The notes beneath the pieces were generated by a model. It was not told the DNA's origin. It was given only the letters and a program-made list of their open reading frames with translations, and made no database searches. A stretch of DNA of 63,185 nucleotides, filler included, from Candidatus Woesearchaeota archaeon (GTDB taxonomy: Archaea; Nanobdellota; Nanobdellia; Woesearchaeales; DATGWN01), in NCBI GenBank assembly GCA_047603125.1. It is 6 parts of 5 records of this genome, joined end to end, with 100 filler letters (N's around TTAATTAATTAA, not from the genome) between each part and the next. Parts side by side here need not be neighbours in the genome. Positions count along the whole stretch, not along the records: positions 28,918 to 44,250 come from JBLKOU010000024.1; positions 44,351 to 59,217 come from JBLKOU010000025.1; 4 more parts are not named here. One strand, written 5' to 3'. Each line of letters opens with the position of its first letter. The first letter of the stretch is position 1. Shown here in pieces: positions 39,396 to 51,640 of this stretch. The position numbers and the translations under genes were made by a program.

Positions 39396-40364
39396 TTATG
39401 GCCAGAGGGTGATAAGTGATCGAGGGAATATATATGGTGTATTGAATGAATATTCATCAATCGATCCTCCTTTTGGTGCAAAGTAGAATGTGATTCGATA
39501 ATCTGTTGTGAATTCTTTATCAGACGATAATCGATATCGAAGTGTTAATAATTCACCGGGCTCAAGCATTGAGTCATCATTTCCAAGTCGAGGAACATAA
39601 CAGAATCGATAATTTGGAACAAGGTAATCCCATTGGCAACGATGGAAGTCTGATTCAATTCGAAATTCAGTAAAGTTTCCGTTTTCAACATCAATTTCAT
39701 CATTTCCGTCCGGTGAACCTCTGAGTGTTAAAAACCCGAGGATTTCTGGTACTTCAAGACCGCTATCGTCATGAATTGGAACGCGGTAGATATCTACTAC
39801 TTGTGATGTATTACTAAAATCAATTCCGAGTGGTAAAATGCCACTCTGTCCTGTTGAAAGGTTCATTTGAAATGCGGAAATATTATCTGGTGAATCAGTT
39901 CCTAAGAGTAGTCTGATTGTTTCCCTGATCTCATCATCTTCATAATATTTGAGCGGTTGGCTGGTTTCTTGTGGCGTTTCATTTAGATATGAGATTTCTT
40001 CTACCCAACTATATTGCTCATTATATTGTTGCAATACTAATAGGTGCGAATACTCGGCGGTTGACAAGGTTATCCCCATATCGGCAAGTTGAATATCATA
40101 AGAACCAGTTCTTAGACGGATTAAAAATTCTAAATCGTTAATTGTTTGTGCGGATTTATTTGTATATCCTTGAATATTGACAATTTCTATACCAGTAACA
40201 AGACGTTCTCGCGCTTCATTTCCTACAGCAAGTGCTCGCTGTTGTAATACACTCTGTGTTCGTAGAATTACTCCTGCTGCTATTGCTGCAACGAGTATCA
40301 TTGCTATAAAAATAATGAGCGTTTCAACACCCAAAACACCTTTTTTCGTATGTAATCGTCGCAT
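39396..40364 (-). CDS. flaB: Archaellin ArlB
   Basis: Class III signal KKG/VLGVETLIIFIAMILVAAIAAGVI..TQS.LQQRAL.VG. Confidence 0.95.
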   Translation of the reverse strand: MRRLHTKKGVLGVETLIIFIAMILVAAIAAGVILRTQSVLQQRALAVGNEARERLVTGIEIVNIQGYTNKSAQTINDLEFLIRLRTGSYDIQLADMGITLSTAEYSHLLVLQQYNEQYSWVEEISYLNETPQETSQPLKYYEDDEIRETIRLLLGTDSPDNISAFQMNLSTGQSGILPLGIDFSNTSQVVDIYRVPIHDDSGLEVPEILGFLTLRGSPDGNDEIDVENGNFTEFRIESDFHRCQWDYLVPNYRFCYVPRLGNDDSMLEPGELLTLRYRLSSDKEFTTDYRITFYFAPKGGSIDEYSFNTPYIFPRSLITLWP

Positions 40365-40675
40365 CTGAACCTATGTCACCTATATCGTATTTTTAAATAT
40401 TATGCATTTTTTGCATTTAGTAGTATTTAAATATTTCGCAAAAAGAATTCTTTTTGTCGAGGATTGTGTGTAATTTTTGCTGTTTTGTTATAGTTATGTA
40501 CTGTAAGTAATTTATATTAATTGTTTCTTTTAACAAACTTGATAATTTAGCATGATTACTTAAATGAAGCAAGTGTTTGAGAATCAAAAATTATTTAAAC
40601 CCACTTTTTTAAAAGATACTTACTATAGCTTTATGTATTGATTATTACGGGCTATGGGAAAAAGAGGTTGTTATC

Positions 40676-43600
40676 GTGGGGGGAAAACATTCTGCACGTC
40701 TGGCAGAGCTGCAAGAAAAATATGACGCGTTAAAGCGACTTGCACAATCGCTAGATTCTACACAGGAACAGGCAGTAGATGCCAAAGAGGATTCGCAGTC
40801 AGTTGAATCATCAACTTCGCAAGAACAGTCTACAAAACCTTCACGACTCAAAAATCTTCTTGCAAAACGAAAACAACAATCATCAGACTCACAAACTCCT
40901 TTAGCAAAAAAAGGTCCAGGGGGTGTCACATTTGAAGATTCATTGTCAAAAGATGCACAACAGCTTGATGTTCAAGAAAATGATGCGGATGAATTTTTAG
41001 AAAAAACAGCATTCTTACAGCAAAAAATTGCAAAACCTATTATAACTAAGGAAGACGAAAAAGAATTAGTGGAAATGCAGCGTCGTGTGAAAAAACAATT
41101 GGATCAAGAGGCAAAACTTTCCAAACAAGAATCATTTACTGTTGAACAAGCACAAGAAGAGGGTCAAAATTTCTTGAGCAAAATTCTTTCTAAATCAAAA
41201 CAGCAAGCAAAACAAGTTGCTCAAACAGGACAGGAAGACGCAACAAATGCACATATGGCGGCCATGGTCAACCTTATTCGTGATTTACAACAACAATTGA
41301 GTTCTGAAAAGCAGCGATTATTTGATGATTTGAAGGATCTTGATACGAAACGATTAGATTTATTAAAAAAAGAGCGGGAATTAGCAAAACAGCAAGCAGA
41401 TTTGGTCACATCAAAGCAAGGTGTGGCAGTAGCAAAACACTCGGCTAGTTCTGGTTTGAAAACAGTCAAGCATGATATAGAGTTACATGAACAATCACTC
41501 AAAGAGTTGGAAAAAGATTTGAATGCTCGTTTAGAGCGTGTACTTCGTCGCGAACATGATCTTATCTTAAAAGAGAAATTTATCGATGAGCAGCGCATTA
41601 AAGCAGCAGCACTCTTAAAAGGTGTAGATTTAACTAATAAAAACGCGCGTGATCGTGAGCGCTCTGTTGAGCGGTACCATGCAAAATTACTCAGCTTTAA
41701 ACAGAAATTAGATATTGAAAAATACGATATTCGTCGATTAATACAAGAACTTCATGGCGAGAAAAAGCAGTTTAAGAAACTGCATAAAACAGTTCTGAAA
41801 AAAGAAAAACAATTACTCAAAAAAGAAAAGTATATTGATGATAAATTCCGCGCATATGAGTCAATTGATGTTGATTTAAAAAATAAAAAAGCGCTTGTCA
41901 CTCAAGAAAAAGAAGATTTGCGTATACAAATTAAAACATTACGTTCTGAGCAACAAAAGTATGAGAAAAAATTGCGTGGTATGCGTGCATTGGAACTACG
42001 TGAGCAAGATTTGGATCGCCAGAAAAAAGAATTAGATGTTGAAGTTTCTCGATATAAAGATTTGCAAAATAATTTACAAACTGAGTTAGCACATATAGAA
42101 AAAGAAAAACAAAAATATGCTAAATTAACCGAGGAGTTACAGGCTCAACAAGAACACCTGGATATAACAAAACATCGCTCAAAAACAGACACGTATAAAA
42201 ATCGCATGTTGGAGCGAACATTAGAGAAGAAAAAGCAACAAGTATTATCTCTAGAAGAGCAGCTGACAAGAAAACAATTAGAAGCAGATACACTCATTAA
42301 TGAATTAACACAGGTTCGAACTCTTTTATCTTCAAAAGAAAAAGAAGTTCTTGTCCATAAAAAGGAATTAGATCGGATTAAGCAAGAATATGAAGCCGAG
42401 CTCAAGCAATTACGTTCAAAAGAACTTTCCCACTATAAATACACACAACTCTCAAAACGAGAACAAGATGAATATCGGCGGGCAAAAGAATTACTGCAAG
42501 TAGAATCTCAAACTTTACGTGAACAAGTAAAATCGTTGGAAAATGAAAAAGGGAAATTAAAAAAGCAATATGATGATCTTGCAAAAACACGAAATAAGTT
42601 AGAGCGAAAGCTCAGTGATCTTGCAACACGTGAGCAGACAATTATTCAAAGTGAAGATTTATTAGAGCAAAAAGAAGCACAGTTTCGAGAACGAGAGCGC
42701 TTATTTGAATCCAATGCTGAGAATGAAATAAATAGTGTTCGAAAGTCTCTTGATAAAAAACTAAAACAATTATCAACGCAAGAACAAAGTTTGTTTACAC
42801 TCAAAAAAGATCTGACTATTGAGCGTCATACTTTACAAGCACTTAAAAGCGAATTAGATGGTGAAAAACGTACATTACAAAACCAAGAAAAGCTTCTTTC
42901 AACTGAGTCAAAGCGTGTTGAAAAACTCTCTCGGGAATATGAAAAGAAATTGCAGGAACTTGATGCGCTTAAACACGATGAAAAATCAAAATTAGAACAA
43001 GAGTATCAAAAAATGCTCTTACAAAAAACCAACCTTCTTGAGAAGTCAAAAGCAGAATTGGATAAAAAGCGAGATCAGTTAAATGAAAAAGAAATAACAC
43101 TTTCTGATTATGATTTACAATTACAAAGTCAAGCAAAAGATTTAGATGAAAAACAAAAGGAGTTTGTAAAACTTGAGCGAAAGCTAGATCGCCAACAAAA
43201 ACAAGCACAAAAGCAATTAGAGAAGCTGGATATTGTTTCAGTTTCCATTAGTGATGCTCAGCAAGACTTAGCGCAAAAAGATCAAGAATTATCTATTTTA
43301 TCCCGAGAATTGGCACGAGAGAAAAAAGATTTACAGTTGCAGCAAAAACAATTTGAGAAAAAGTTTACAGCAATACAAAAACAAGAAGGAAATCTTATTG
43401 CTCAACAAGAACAGCTTGTAGAACAACAACAGACACTTGATGTAAATGAGCGAGAAGTGGCAACACAATTGCGAGAACTTTCTTTACAAAAGAAAGAATT
43501 AGATGCACAACATAAGCAATTACTTAAAGAAAAACAATCTTTTGAATCTTCTCGACAGAAAAAAGAGTATGCGCAATCTAAATATGATAAGGATTTGGAA

Positions 43601-44250
43601 GCTCGTGAGCAGGATTTACTTCAAAAACAAAAACAATTACAACAACAAGAACAATTGTTGCAAAAACAACAAGCAGATTATGAAAAACAGCAAAAAGTTC
43701 TTGATCAAAAAGCACAGTCCTTGCAAACATTAGAAGAAAAATTGCGTGATCAAGAGGCAAATGTACAATCATCGCAAAAACAATTGAAGATATTTGAAGC
43801 TGATTTGAAAAAACGGGAAGAACAATTTCATCATGCAAAATCGAATTTAGAAAATGAAAAACTGGACTTTTATCAACAAAAAGATGAATTTGAGCGGTGG
43901 TCACAGAAAGAAAAAACTCGTTTGCAAACTTTAGATGTTGAGCAGACAAATGCTTTGAATAAACAACGAGACACATTTGAAAAGTGGTCTCTTGCACAAA
44001 AAAAGGCTTTAGATGATGAGCGAGTAAAAGTTGAGAAGTATTTGCTAGATAAGGAAAGCTCTTTGGAAAAACAATACGAGAAAAAATTATTATCGCTTGA
44101 TTCAGCATATGACTATAAACGGCAAAAGCTTGAAAAGCAAATTGCAAAGCAGCTTTCTTCAAATGAGAAGGCTTTGGAAAAAACGCAGTCGCAATTGGAA
44201 GAACAATTTAGTGCTCGAGAAAAGCAGTTAGAAGCTGATATGCAAAAAGA
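40676..44250 (+). CDS. Giant coiled-coil protein, N-terminal part (cut by gap)
   Basis: More than 1190 aa of E/K/Q/L heptad-rich sequence; no signal peptide, TM or Walker motif seen; GAGG RBS before GTG. Confidence 0.8.
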
Positions 44251-44350
44251 NNNNNNNNNNNNNNNNNNNNNNNNNNNNNNNNNNNNNNNNNNNNTTAATT
44301 AATTAANNNNNNNNNNNNNNNNNNNNNNNNNNNNNNNNNNNNNNNNNNNN
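44251..44350. other. Artificial contig linker inside a coiled-coil repeat
   Basis: N44-TTAATTAATTAA-N44. Confidence 0.98.
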
Positions 44351-45786
44351 AAAGTCAGTTAGAAGAACAATATCGCTCACGAGAAAAACAGTTCGAAGTT
44401 GATATGCAAAAAGAGCTTTCACAAAAAGTGGCGCAATTAGAATCACAGGAACAAAAATTTAAGCAAAAGCAACAAGAATTAGAATCTGAGTATCTTGCAA
44501 AGAAAAAGCAATTGGCTGCAGATTTAGAAGAACAGTATCAGCATCAATTTGATCTTGTGAAAAAAGAACAACATGAGTTTACAACGTGGAAGAAAGAGCA
44601 GAAAAAACTCTTGAGTAAAGAACAAGCTGATTTAGACAAACATAAACATCAGCTTGACCATGAGCGTGAATTATTGCTAGAAAAAGAGCGATATTTACAA
44701 GAACAGCAGACACAAATTGGCTCGCAAGAAAAACAGGTGGCTGTTGATAAGAAAAACGCACAAACAACGCTTGCAAACGCACAAAAGCTTGAAGCAAAAT
44801 GGCAAAAATATTATCGTACATTAGAAGAGAAGCAGTTGCATCTTGATAAAAAACAAGAAGAACTTTCACAATGGGAAGCGACGCTTAAAGATGAGCAAAA
44901 AGATGTGAAACGACAAAAATCAATTTTGCAGGATGAATTTAAACAACTCCATCAAAAAATACAAGAAGTTGATAAAAGAGAAATTGAGCAAGACCGAAAA
45001 CATGTTCAGATACAACAAGATCTGGCAAAGTTAAATGACCGTCGATCACTGCTTGCAAAAACGCAAAAAGAAATTGATCAAAAAAATAAAGAGCTTACAC
45101 AATTGACACATTCTATTCATACACAGCAAACAGCTTTGGATACACAATCACACCAGTTTGAGCAAAAAATTGAACAAGCGCGTCAAGAGTATGATTTACG
45201 TGTGAGAGCGAGAACTGATTTAGAGTCACAAATTAAAGATTTAGAAAAGCGCCGAAGAAAGCTCATGTCTACTATACATTATAAAGAGCAACAAATACAA
45301 AAAAATGAACAAAATTTAGCGTTTGAAAAACAAGCAATAGAACAAGAAAAGAAACGATACGAAGCTCTTAAACAAGAGATTGAAACACAAAAAGAAGAAG
45401 CAAATAAAGATTTTGTTTCACAAAAACAACAATTAGAAGAGATTAAAGATCAAACGACGCAATTACGCAAAGAGTCAGAACAGTTAAAGCAAACATACAT
45501 GGTTAAATATAAGCAATTACAAATGCAAGAAAAACATCTACAAAACCGTATGGATGAGTATGGTCAGAAAAAAGATTCTCTTGAGGGTCTGCACAAGAAA
45601 GTACTTGCGGTGAGAGATGCTAATATTTCTCTCAAAGAAAAATTAGAACAACGAGCTCAAGATTTGGCAAAAACCAAAGCATTTATAGAGGAACAGACAA
45701 CATTGTTACTGCAAAAAGAGTCTACATTATTAAAACGTGAGTCGCAATTGCAAGAACGGGAAGCACAAATGAGGTATACATCGTGA
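44351..45786 (+). CDS. Giant coiled-coil protein, probable C-terminal part of the 40676 gene
   Basis: Open from the contig edge; begins SQLEEQYRSREKQFEVDMQK, a repeat of SQLEEQFSAREKQLEADMQK that ends the previous contig. Confidence 0.75.
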
Positions 45787-47645
45787 ATATAGATCAATTA
45801 ATGTACATGTTTGTGGATATTGCAAAGGATGGGACTGATGAGCAGATTCAGTCGTATTTATCATTTTTGCAGACTAAGGGATTTATCGATACGAGTCTCT
45901 CACTTACAGATGCAAAAAAATCAATAAAGAAAATAAAAAAATCAGGAGAAACCTATATTTGTGATCAACTCTCGGATGAGGATTTAGAATCAATTATCGA
46001 TTTTTTATTACGCTTAAAAGAAAAAGAGTTTGAAAGTGATCTTTCCTTAGATATAGATGTGGAAGACCAAAAACCTCAAGTTGAAGATTCAATTTTGGAT
46101 GATATTGCAAAACCTGAAAAACCAAAATTGCCAACAGAAGAGAAAAAAACGCATGGGCTGCCAAGTTTGTCAGAACCAAAGCCAACGCAAAAATCAACAC
46201 TTCCTCAATTTGATACAATTGATATTTCGCAAACGTTACCAAAGCTACCCGAGTATAAGCCAGTCGCACCAGTTGCACAAAAACTTGCTGCAAAGTTGTC
46301 CAGTTCTGATTTTGATGGAAACATTCAATCATGGATGGAGCGCATTACAAAACGCCATGATCAGCTCTCATCTTTGAATGAGCAATTGCATCAAAAATTA
46401 GATTTATTTACAAAATCTGCCTCACAAATTGATAATCGGGAGACCGTATTGCTCAAAAAAGAAGAAGATTTGCTTGAGCGAAAACATATTTTAGATGCAA
46501 AAGAAATGGTTTTATTCAAAAATGCGCCAGCTGATGATCCAACTGTGACTGGTGTGGTTTCTTTGATTGATGATAAATATAAGAATTTAAAATTACAAGA
46601 AGATCGGTTGACAAATGCGATTTCTCATAAGCAGTTTTTCTTAGAGCGATTTAAATCTGAGGAAAAGCGTTTACAATCTTCTATTGCGCAATTACAAGAT
46701 CAGTTGAGTGAATTACAAGAGCATGTACAGGCTTTAGATCAGAAGCGAACGCATTTAGAGCATGAGGCGTATGCAAAAGAATCGAAATTACAAGATCTCA
46801 CAAAATTACACGATTCTGTAGAATCAAATTATAAGAGTCTAAATGAATCAGCAGATAAACTAAAACATCGTATGTCCATTGAACAAGAACGCCTTGAGCA
46901 CGAGCGACAAGAAGTTAAAAAAGCACGATTTGATTTGGAGCATACGCGTCAGCAATTACATGAAAGAGAAAAAGAGCTTGAGCGTCAGAAATTTGATTTT
47001 GAGAATGAATTAGAAGAACGACGTGAACGTTTAGAAACAGAACTCGGGCAGCGCTCTGCACAAATTGAGGCGAGGGTTCAGCAGCAACTTGATACCATAA
47101 CTCGTGAGCAGCAGCGACTCCATTCATTACAAGAAGAAGTTCGAATTTCTCAGCAGCAGCTTCAAGACAGAGAAGCACAAATGCGCCACTTATATACACA
47201 ACTCGAGTCCAAACAACGTGATGCGCAGAGTCGAGATCGGGCAATTACAACTCGAGAGGCAGAATTGCGTGAAAAAGAATATTACTTGAAAAGCAAGGAA
47301 AAGGAACTCAAGGAGTATATTTCAACACAATTTGACAGATTAGATGGTGATTTTTCACAACGCCTTGCAGTATTAAAACAATATGAAAAGCCACGGGAGA
47401 GTGCTCAAGCAAATTGGAGTGCAGATCCGACAAGTGATTCATCTTCATTGCACGCAAATGTTTCCACAATAAAAACACTTGTTCACGTAGCAAAAACAGA
47501 AGCCTTAACAAGTGTGGACAAAGCAAAGAAGACATACCAGCATATACAAAAACTCTATGATCAGCTTGATGCTCGATCAAAAAATGCAGTGTATGACCAG
47601 ATAATATCAGTATACCAGGCGATAAAACATGCAAAGTCACAATAA
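45783..47645 (+). CDS. Coiled-coil protein with small N- and C-terminal helical domains
   Basis: 620 aa; overlaps neighbours; long heptad region. Confidence 0.8.
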   Translation: MNIDQLMYMFVDIAKDGTDEQIQSYLSFLQTKGFIDTSLSLTDAKKSIKKIKKSGETYICDQLSDEDLESIIDFLLRLKEKEFESDLSLDIDVEDQKPQVEDSILDDIAKPEKPKLPTEEKKTHGLPSLSEPKPTQKSTLPQFDTIDISQTLPKLPEYKPVAPVAQKLAAKLSSSDFDGNIQSWMERITKRHDQLSSLNEQLHQKLDLFTKSASQIDNRETVLLKKEEDLLERKHILDAKEMVLFKNAPADDPTVTGVVSLIDDKYKNLKLQEDRLTNAISHKQFFLERFKSEEKRLQSSIAQLQDQLSELQEHVQALDQKRTHLEHEAYAKESKLQDLTKLHDSVESNYKSLNESADKLKHRMSIEQERLEHERQEVKKARFDLEHTRQQLHEREKELERQKFDFENELEERRERLETELGQRSAQIEARVQQQLDTITREQQRLHSLQEEVRISQQQLQDREAQMRHLYTQLESKQRDAQSRDRAITTREAELREKEYYLKSKEKELKEYISTQFDRLDGDFSQRLAVLKQYEKPRESAQANWSADPTSDSSSLHANVSTIKTLVHVAKTEALTSVDKAKKTYQHIQKLYDQLDARSKNAVYDQIISVYQAIKHAKSQ

Positions 47646-49416
47646 TCAAACAAGTTTATTTGGAAACTTGAAGCAGACGTATTTATCAAGTGAGGTTCAA
47701 GAGCTTGAAAAACGCCGTAATGTGCTTCATGAAGAGCTTGCGCAATTGCAACAAGAAATTCAAAAGCAAGTTCATGTTCTCAAACAATACCAAGACAGAA
47801 ATATGCAGTTTACGAAAGTTCATGAATCCTTGTCTGGAGATGTGGAGAGTGTTCAAAAGACGGCGCAGCTTTTAGATCAACGTCAAAAAGAATTATATAC
47901 ACTCAAAGAGTTAGCGCTACGAAGAATAAAAGATGCTGAGCATCAAGAGAAAAAGCTCACATATTTAACATCATATTTTGAAAAACGCCATAGTGCATAT
48001 GAGAAGCGATTAGAACAAATTGAGAAAAAAGAAGCTGATTTACAAAAGGTAGAAAAAGAAATTCAAGCAAAGTTTAGTGAAATTTCAAAGCGTGAACTTG
48101 CCCTTGTTAAAGAAAATAAACGTATCTTAACTGCGCAGACGAATTTTAAAGCAGAATTAACAGATACCAGAAAAAAGCAGGAACAGTTAAACCACATGCA
48201 CTCGCACATGGTTAAAGAGCGTGTGCATATAGAACACCAAAAAAAAGAATTGCAAACAAAATTTTCTCATTTAGTTCAGGTTCAAAAACATCTCAAAGAA
48301 AAACAACAAAATTTGGAAGTACAAGAAAAAGAATTACATTCTTTTGAGAATGCACTCAAAAAACAAGAAAAAGATTTACAGATTCGTGAAGATAAAACAC
48401 GCACATTTAACTCCTATGAACAAGAATTACAAGAAGTAAAACAATTGAGAAAAAAAGAACAATCCGCACTTTCTGATTTACAAAAGCAAGTGCAAAAACA
48501 AGAACAGGAACTCTTTGACTGGAAGCAAAAAATTCAAAGCACAAAGACTGAACTTGCTACATTATCACAAGAAAAGGATCTGATTCAAGCGCATACAAAA
48601 TCCTTACATAAACAGCTGGAAAGTCGTGAGGATTTATTGAAAAAATTAGAGCAGCAAATCAGTCAAAAACAAATGCAATTACGCTTAGAGCAAGACAAGC
48701 TTTATGAACTTCGCTTTGAACTCAATGAACAAAAGCGCCGTGTTGATAATGATAAAGCGATTATTGAGCGTAAAAGTCAATTACTTGAGCAAAAAGAGAA
48801 GGAAATGCGTAAGGAGCGAATTTCTTTAGATAATGATATTAAACGCCATCAAAAATTACGTCAGGACTTAGAATCATTTGAGAAGCGAGAAAAAGAATTG
48901 CATGTTCAAATGATTGAATTAGAAAAAGTTCAAGTTGCACTTGAAGACTTGCAAAAAGAACTTGACCGTAGAGAAAAAGAAGTTCAAAAACAAGAAAATA
49001 GTGGTCAGGTTGTGCAATTAAAATCAAAATTACTGCGTGAGCAAAATGATCGGGAACAATTACAACAGCAATTACAACAAATCAGAAAAGAATTTGATCA
49101 AGCAAAAGAGGAGTTCACAGAGTCTAAAAAAATAGCGGATCAGACAAAACAAGTCATGCAACAAAATGAGGCTGTTTCAAAAGACTTAGAAAAAGCAAAA
49201 GAGAGTATAGAGTCATTGAAAAATGATAATTTGCGTCTGCAAGAAGAGTTGAAAAAAGAACAGTTACAAGATAATCCAGAAATAAAAGAAGCATTGGAAA
49301 TTGCGGATCATTTGCTTGAAAAATTACCGCCAAAAGTGCTTGAAGAATTTGTTCAAACTGAAGACTTTAAGAAAATTGAAAAGATATTCTTCCGATTTGG
49401 AATAGGTGTGAAATAG
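47629..49416 (+). CDS. Coiled-coil protein with C-terminal helical domain
   Basis: 595 aa heptads ending EALEIADHLLEKLPPKVLEEFVQTEDF. Confidence 0.8.
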   Translation: MQSHNNQTSLFGNLKQTYLSSEVQELEKRRNVLHEELAQLQQEIQKQVHVLKQYQDRNMQFTKVHESLSGDVESVQKTAQLLDQRQKELYTLKELALRRIKDAEHQEKKLTYLTSYFEKRHSAYEKRLEQIEKKEADLQKVEKEIQAKFSEISKRELALVKENKRILTAQTNFKAELTDTRKKQEQLNHMHSHMVKERVHIEHQKKELQTKFSHLVQVQKHLKEKQQNLEVQEKELHSFENALKKQEKDLQIREDKTRTFNSYEQELQEVKQLRKKEQSALSDLQKQVQKQEQELFDWKQKIQSTKTELATLSQEKDLIQAHTKSLHKQLESREDLLKKLEQQISQKQMQLRLEQDKLYELRFELNEQKRRVDNDKAIIERKSQLLEQKEKEMRKERISLDNDIKRHQKLRQDLESFEKREKELHVQMIELEKVQVALEDLQKELDRREKEVQKQENSGQVVQLKSKLLREQNDREQLQQQLQQIRKEFDQAKEEFTESKKIADQTKQVMQQNEAVSKDLEKAKESIESLKNDNLRLQEELKKEQLQDNPEIKEALEIADHLLEKLPPKVLEEFVQTEDFKKIEKIFFRFGIGVK

Positions 49417-49426
49417 GTCATAAACG

Positions 49427-51640
49427 ATGGGGTTTTTAGAGCGTGCAAAAAATCATTTAGAAAAGGAGCCAACACAAACTCAAGATACGCCTGCGTCTGA
49501 ACAACCATCTGAACAAAAAAATACTTCTTCACAAAGTGATCAACAAAAAAAAGAGCCATCTAAGGATGCTTCTCAGAAGCAAGAACAGGTAAAAAAAGCA
49601 CAGCCTGACAAAAATAAACAAGAGTCATCACCCTCTAAGAATTCATCAACCAAACAATCGCAAGAAGAAACAAAATCGCAACCTTCGCCCCAACCAACAA
49701 AACAAGAACCAAAGAGTCCTGCTTTGGATCATGCTAAAGAAGAACTTTCTTCTTCAGGTAATGTGGAACAAAAACCCAAACATCCACGTGTTATTGAAGA
49801 TTCTGATAGCGTTGCAATTGAAGATCAAAAAATTAAGGAGTTGTTACTCTCTCTTCCATCGGGAAATGCAATTGAAACAGACGCTGATGCATTTGTTTTA
49901 TATGTTCAAGAACAAAAAAAAGCTACATATGCGCAAATTCAGTCTGCTTTAAATATTTCAGCATCGCGAGTAGAATTTTTAGCAAAAGTCCTTTCTAAAA
50001 GGAAAGTTATCGATGTTCATTTTCCTTTAGTATTTTTCGCATCACCGCAAGTTACATTTTTGGATTTGCCAAAAGAAGAGAAGAAAGAATTTTCTTTACA
50101 TAAAGATAAAAAGGAATTGGAGCGCTACACTGTTTTTACCGATTATGTTGTTGCAGATATTATCATCTGGTCTGTTCCTTTTGAAAATACACCCATTTAT
50201 CAAATTGTGCCTCATTATGTGAGTCCGGCAACAGAAGTTGTGCTTCATGAAATTATTGATGAATTGTCCATGGAAATTGATTTGGATGAATCCGTTGTTT
50301 CTGATCCAAGAAAAGTTTTAGTGTATAAGAAAAAGTCATTTGAGCGTGCAAAAGCACTTGTTGAGCGGTATTTTTCTTCTACTTCTCCTGAGATACTTCA
50401 TGTGCTTGCAGGGACGGTTCTTCATAGAACATTTGGTCTAGGGGATATGGAAATTGTTATGTCGGACAATTGGCTTGAAGAAATTGCAATTAATGGGGAC
50501 ACTGAACCAATGTCGGTTTATCATAAACGATATGGCTGGGTAAAGACAACAAAATATTTTTCTAAGGAGTCTGAGATTTACAATTTTGCATCAATGATTG
50601 GAAGAAAAGTCGGAAAACAAATTACTGCACTCAATCCAATAATGGATGCACATTTGCAGACGGGGGATAGGGTTGCAGCAACATTATTTCCAATAAGTAC
50701 TGAGGGTGATACGATGACAATTCGTCGTTTCTCTCGAAATCCTTGGACTGTTGTTCATATGGTTGATGAAAAAAACCATACTATGTCAAAGGAAATGATG
50801 GCCCTTTTGTGGACTGCAATTCAATATGAATTAAATGTGTTAGTCGTTGGTGGTACTGCGTCAGGAAAAACATCCGTATTAAATACCATGGCCTCACTTA
50901 TTCCGCCTACGAACAGAATTATTTCTATAGAAGATACACGAGAGATTTCACTTCCTTCCGCACTTCATTGGAACTGGGTTCCACTATCAAGTAAATCTGC
51001 AAATGCTGAAGGCGAGGGTGAAGTTTCTATGCTTGATTTAATGATTGCATCTTTACGTATGCGACCGGATAGAATTATTGTTGGAGAGATTCGTCGAAAA
51101 CAACAAGCTGAAGCAATGTTTGAAGCAATGCATACTGGGCACTCTGTTTGTGCAACCATGCACGCAGATACGGCTGAGCAAGTAAAACATCGTCTTACGC
51201 AGCCGCCTATTGATATTCCTGAAAACGAATTACAAGCACTGCAACTTGTCATGGTTCAGTATCGTGATAGACGAAAAGGGGTGAGGCGAACATTGGAGTT
51301 GGCAGAATTGCTTCCGGGTTCGGCAGAAGAAAAAATTAATTTGAATTATTTATATCGCTGGCGAGCACGCTCAGACACATTTTCAAAGGACGAGGCGAGT
51401 GTGCGCGTCGTAGAAGACCTAAACCTTCACACAGGTATGACTCAGTTAGAAATAGATGATGAGCTTGCACAAAAAGAATCAGTGCTACAATGGTTACTTG
51501 ACAACAAAATTTTTGATATGGACAAAATCGGTCATATTTTGCGTATTTATTACAAATATCCACAATTACTCCTTGATACAATTCAAGATGAAGGCTCTTC
51601 TGAAAGCCTGTTAAAAGGGGGAGGTTTGCATGAAGGATGA
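49427..51640 (+). CDS. Type IV pilus/Tad assembly ATPase (CpaF/VirB11 family) with low-complexity N-terminal extension
   Basis: Walker A GGTASGKT, ISIEDTRE, LRMRPDRIIVGEIR, AMHTGH. Confidence 0.93.
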   Translation: MGFLERAKNHLEKEPTQTQDTPASEQPSEQKNTSSQSDQQKKEPSKDASQKQEQVKKAQPDKNKQESSPSKNSSTKQSQEETKSQPSPQPTKQEPKSPALDHAKEELSSSGNVEQKPKHPRVIEDSDSVAIEDQKIKELLLSLPSGNAIETDADAFVLYVQEQKKATYAQIQSALNISASRVEFLAKVLSKRKVIDVHFPLVFFASPQVTFLDLPKEEKKEFSLHKDKKELERYTVFTDYVVADIIIWSVPFENTPIYQIVPHYVSPATEVVLHEIIDELSMEIDLDESVVSDPRKVLVYKKKSFERAKALVERYFSSTSPEILHVLAGTVLHRTFGLGDMEIVMSDNWLEEIAINGDTEPMSVYHKRYGWVKTTKYFSKESEIYNFASMIGRKVGKQITALNPIMDAHLQTGDRVAATLFPISTEGDTMTIRRFSRNPWTVVHMVDEKNHTMSKEMMALLWTAIQYELNVLVVGGTASGKTSVLNTMASLIPPTNRIISIEDTREISLPSALHWNWVPLSSKSANAEGEGEVSMLDLMIASLRMRPDRIIVGEIRRKQQAEAMFEAMHTGHSVCATMHADTAEQVKHRLTQPPIDIPENELQALQLVMVQYRDRRKGVRRTLELAELLPGSAEEKINLNYLYRWRARSDTFSKDEASVRVVEDLNLHTGMTQLEIDDELAQKESVLQWLLDNKIFDMDKIGHILRIYYKYPQLLLDTIQDEGSSESLLKGGGLHEG

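Noticed and set aside
40676..49416. SMC/Rad50 annotation for the coiled-coil proteins
   Set aside because: No Walker A/B, signature motif, hinge or zinc hook is visible.
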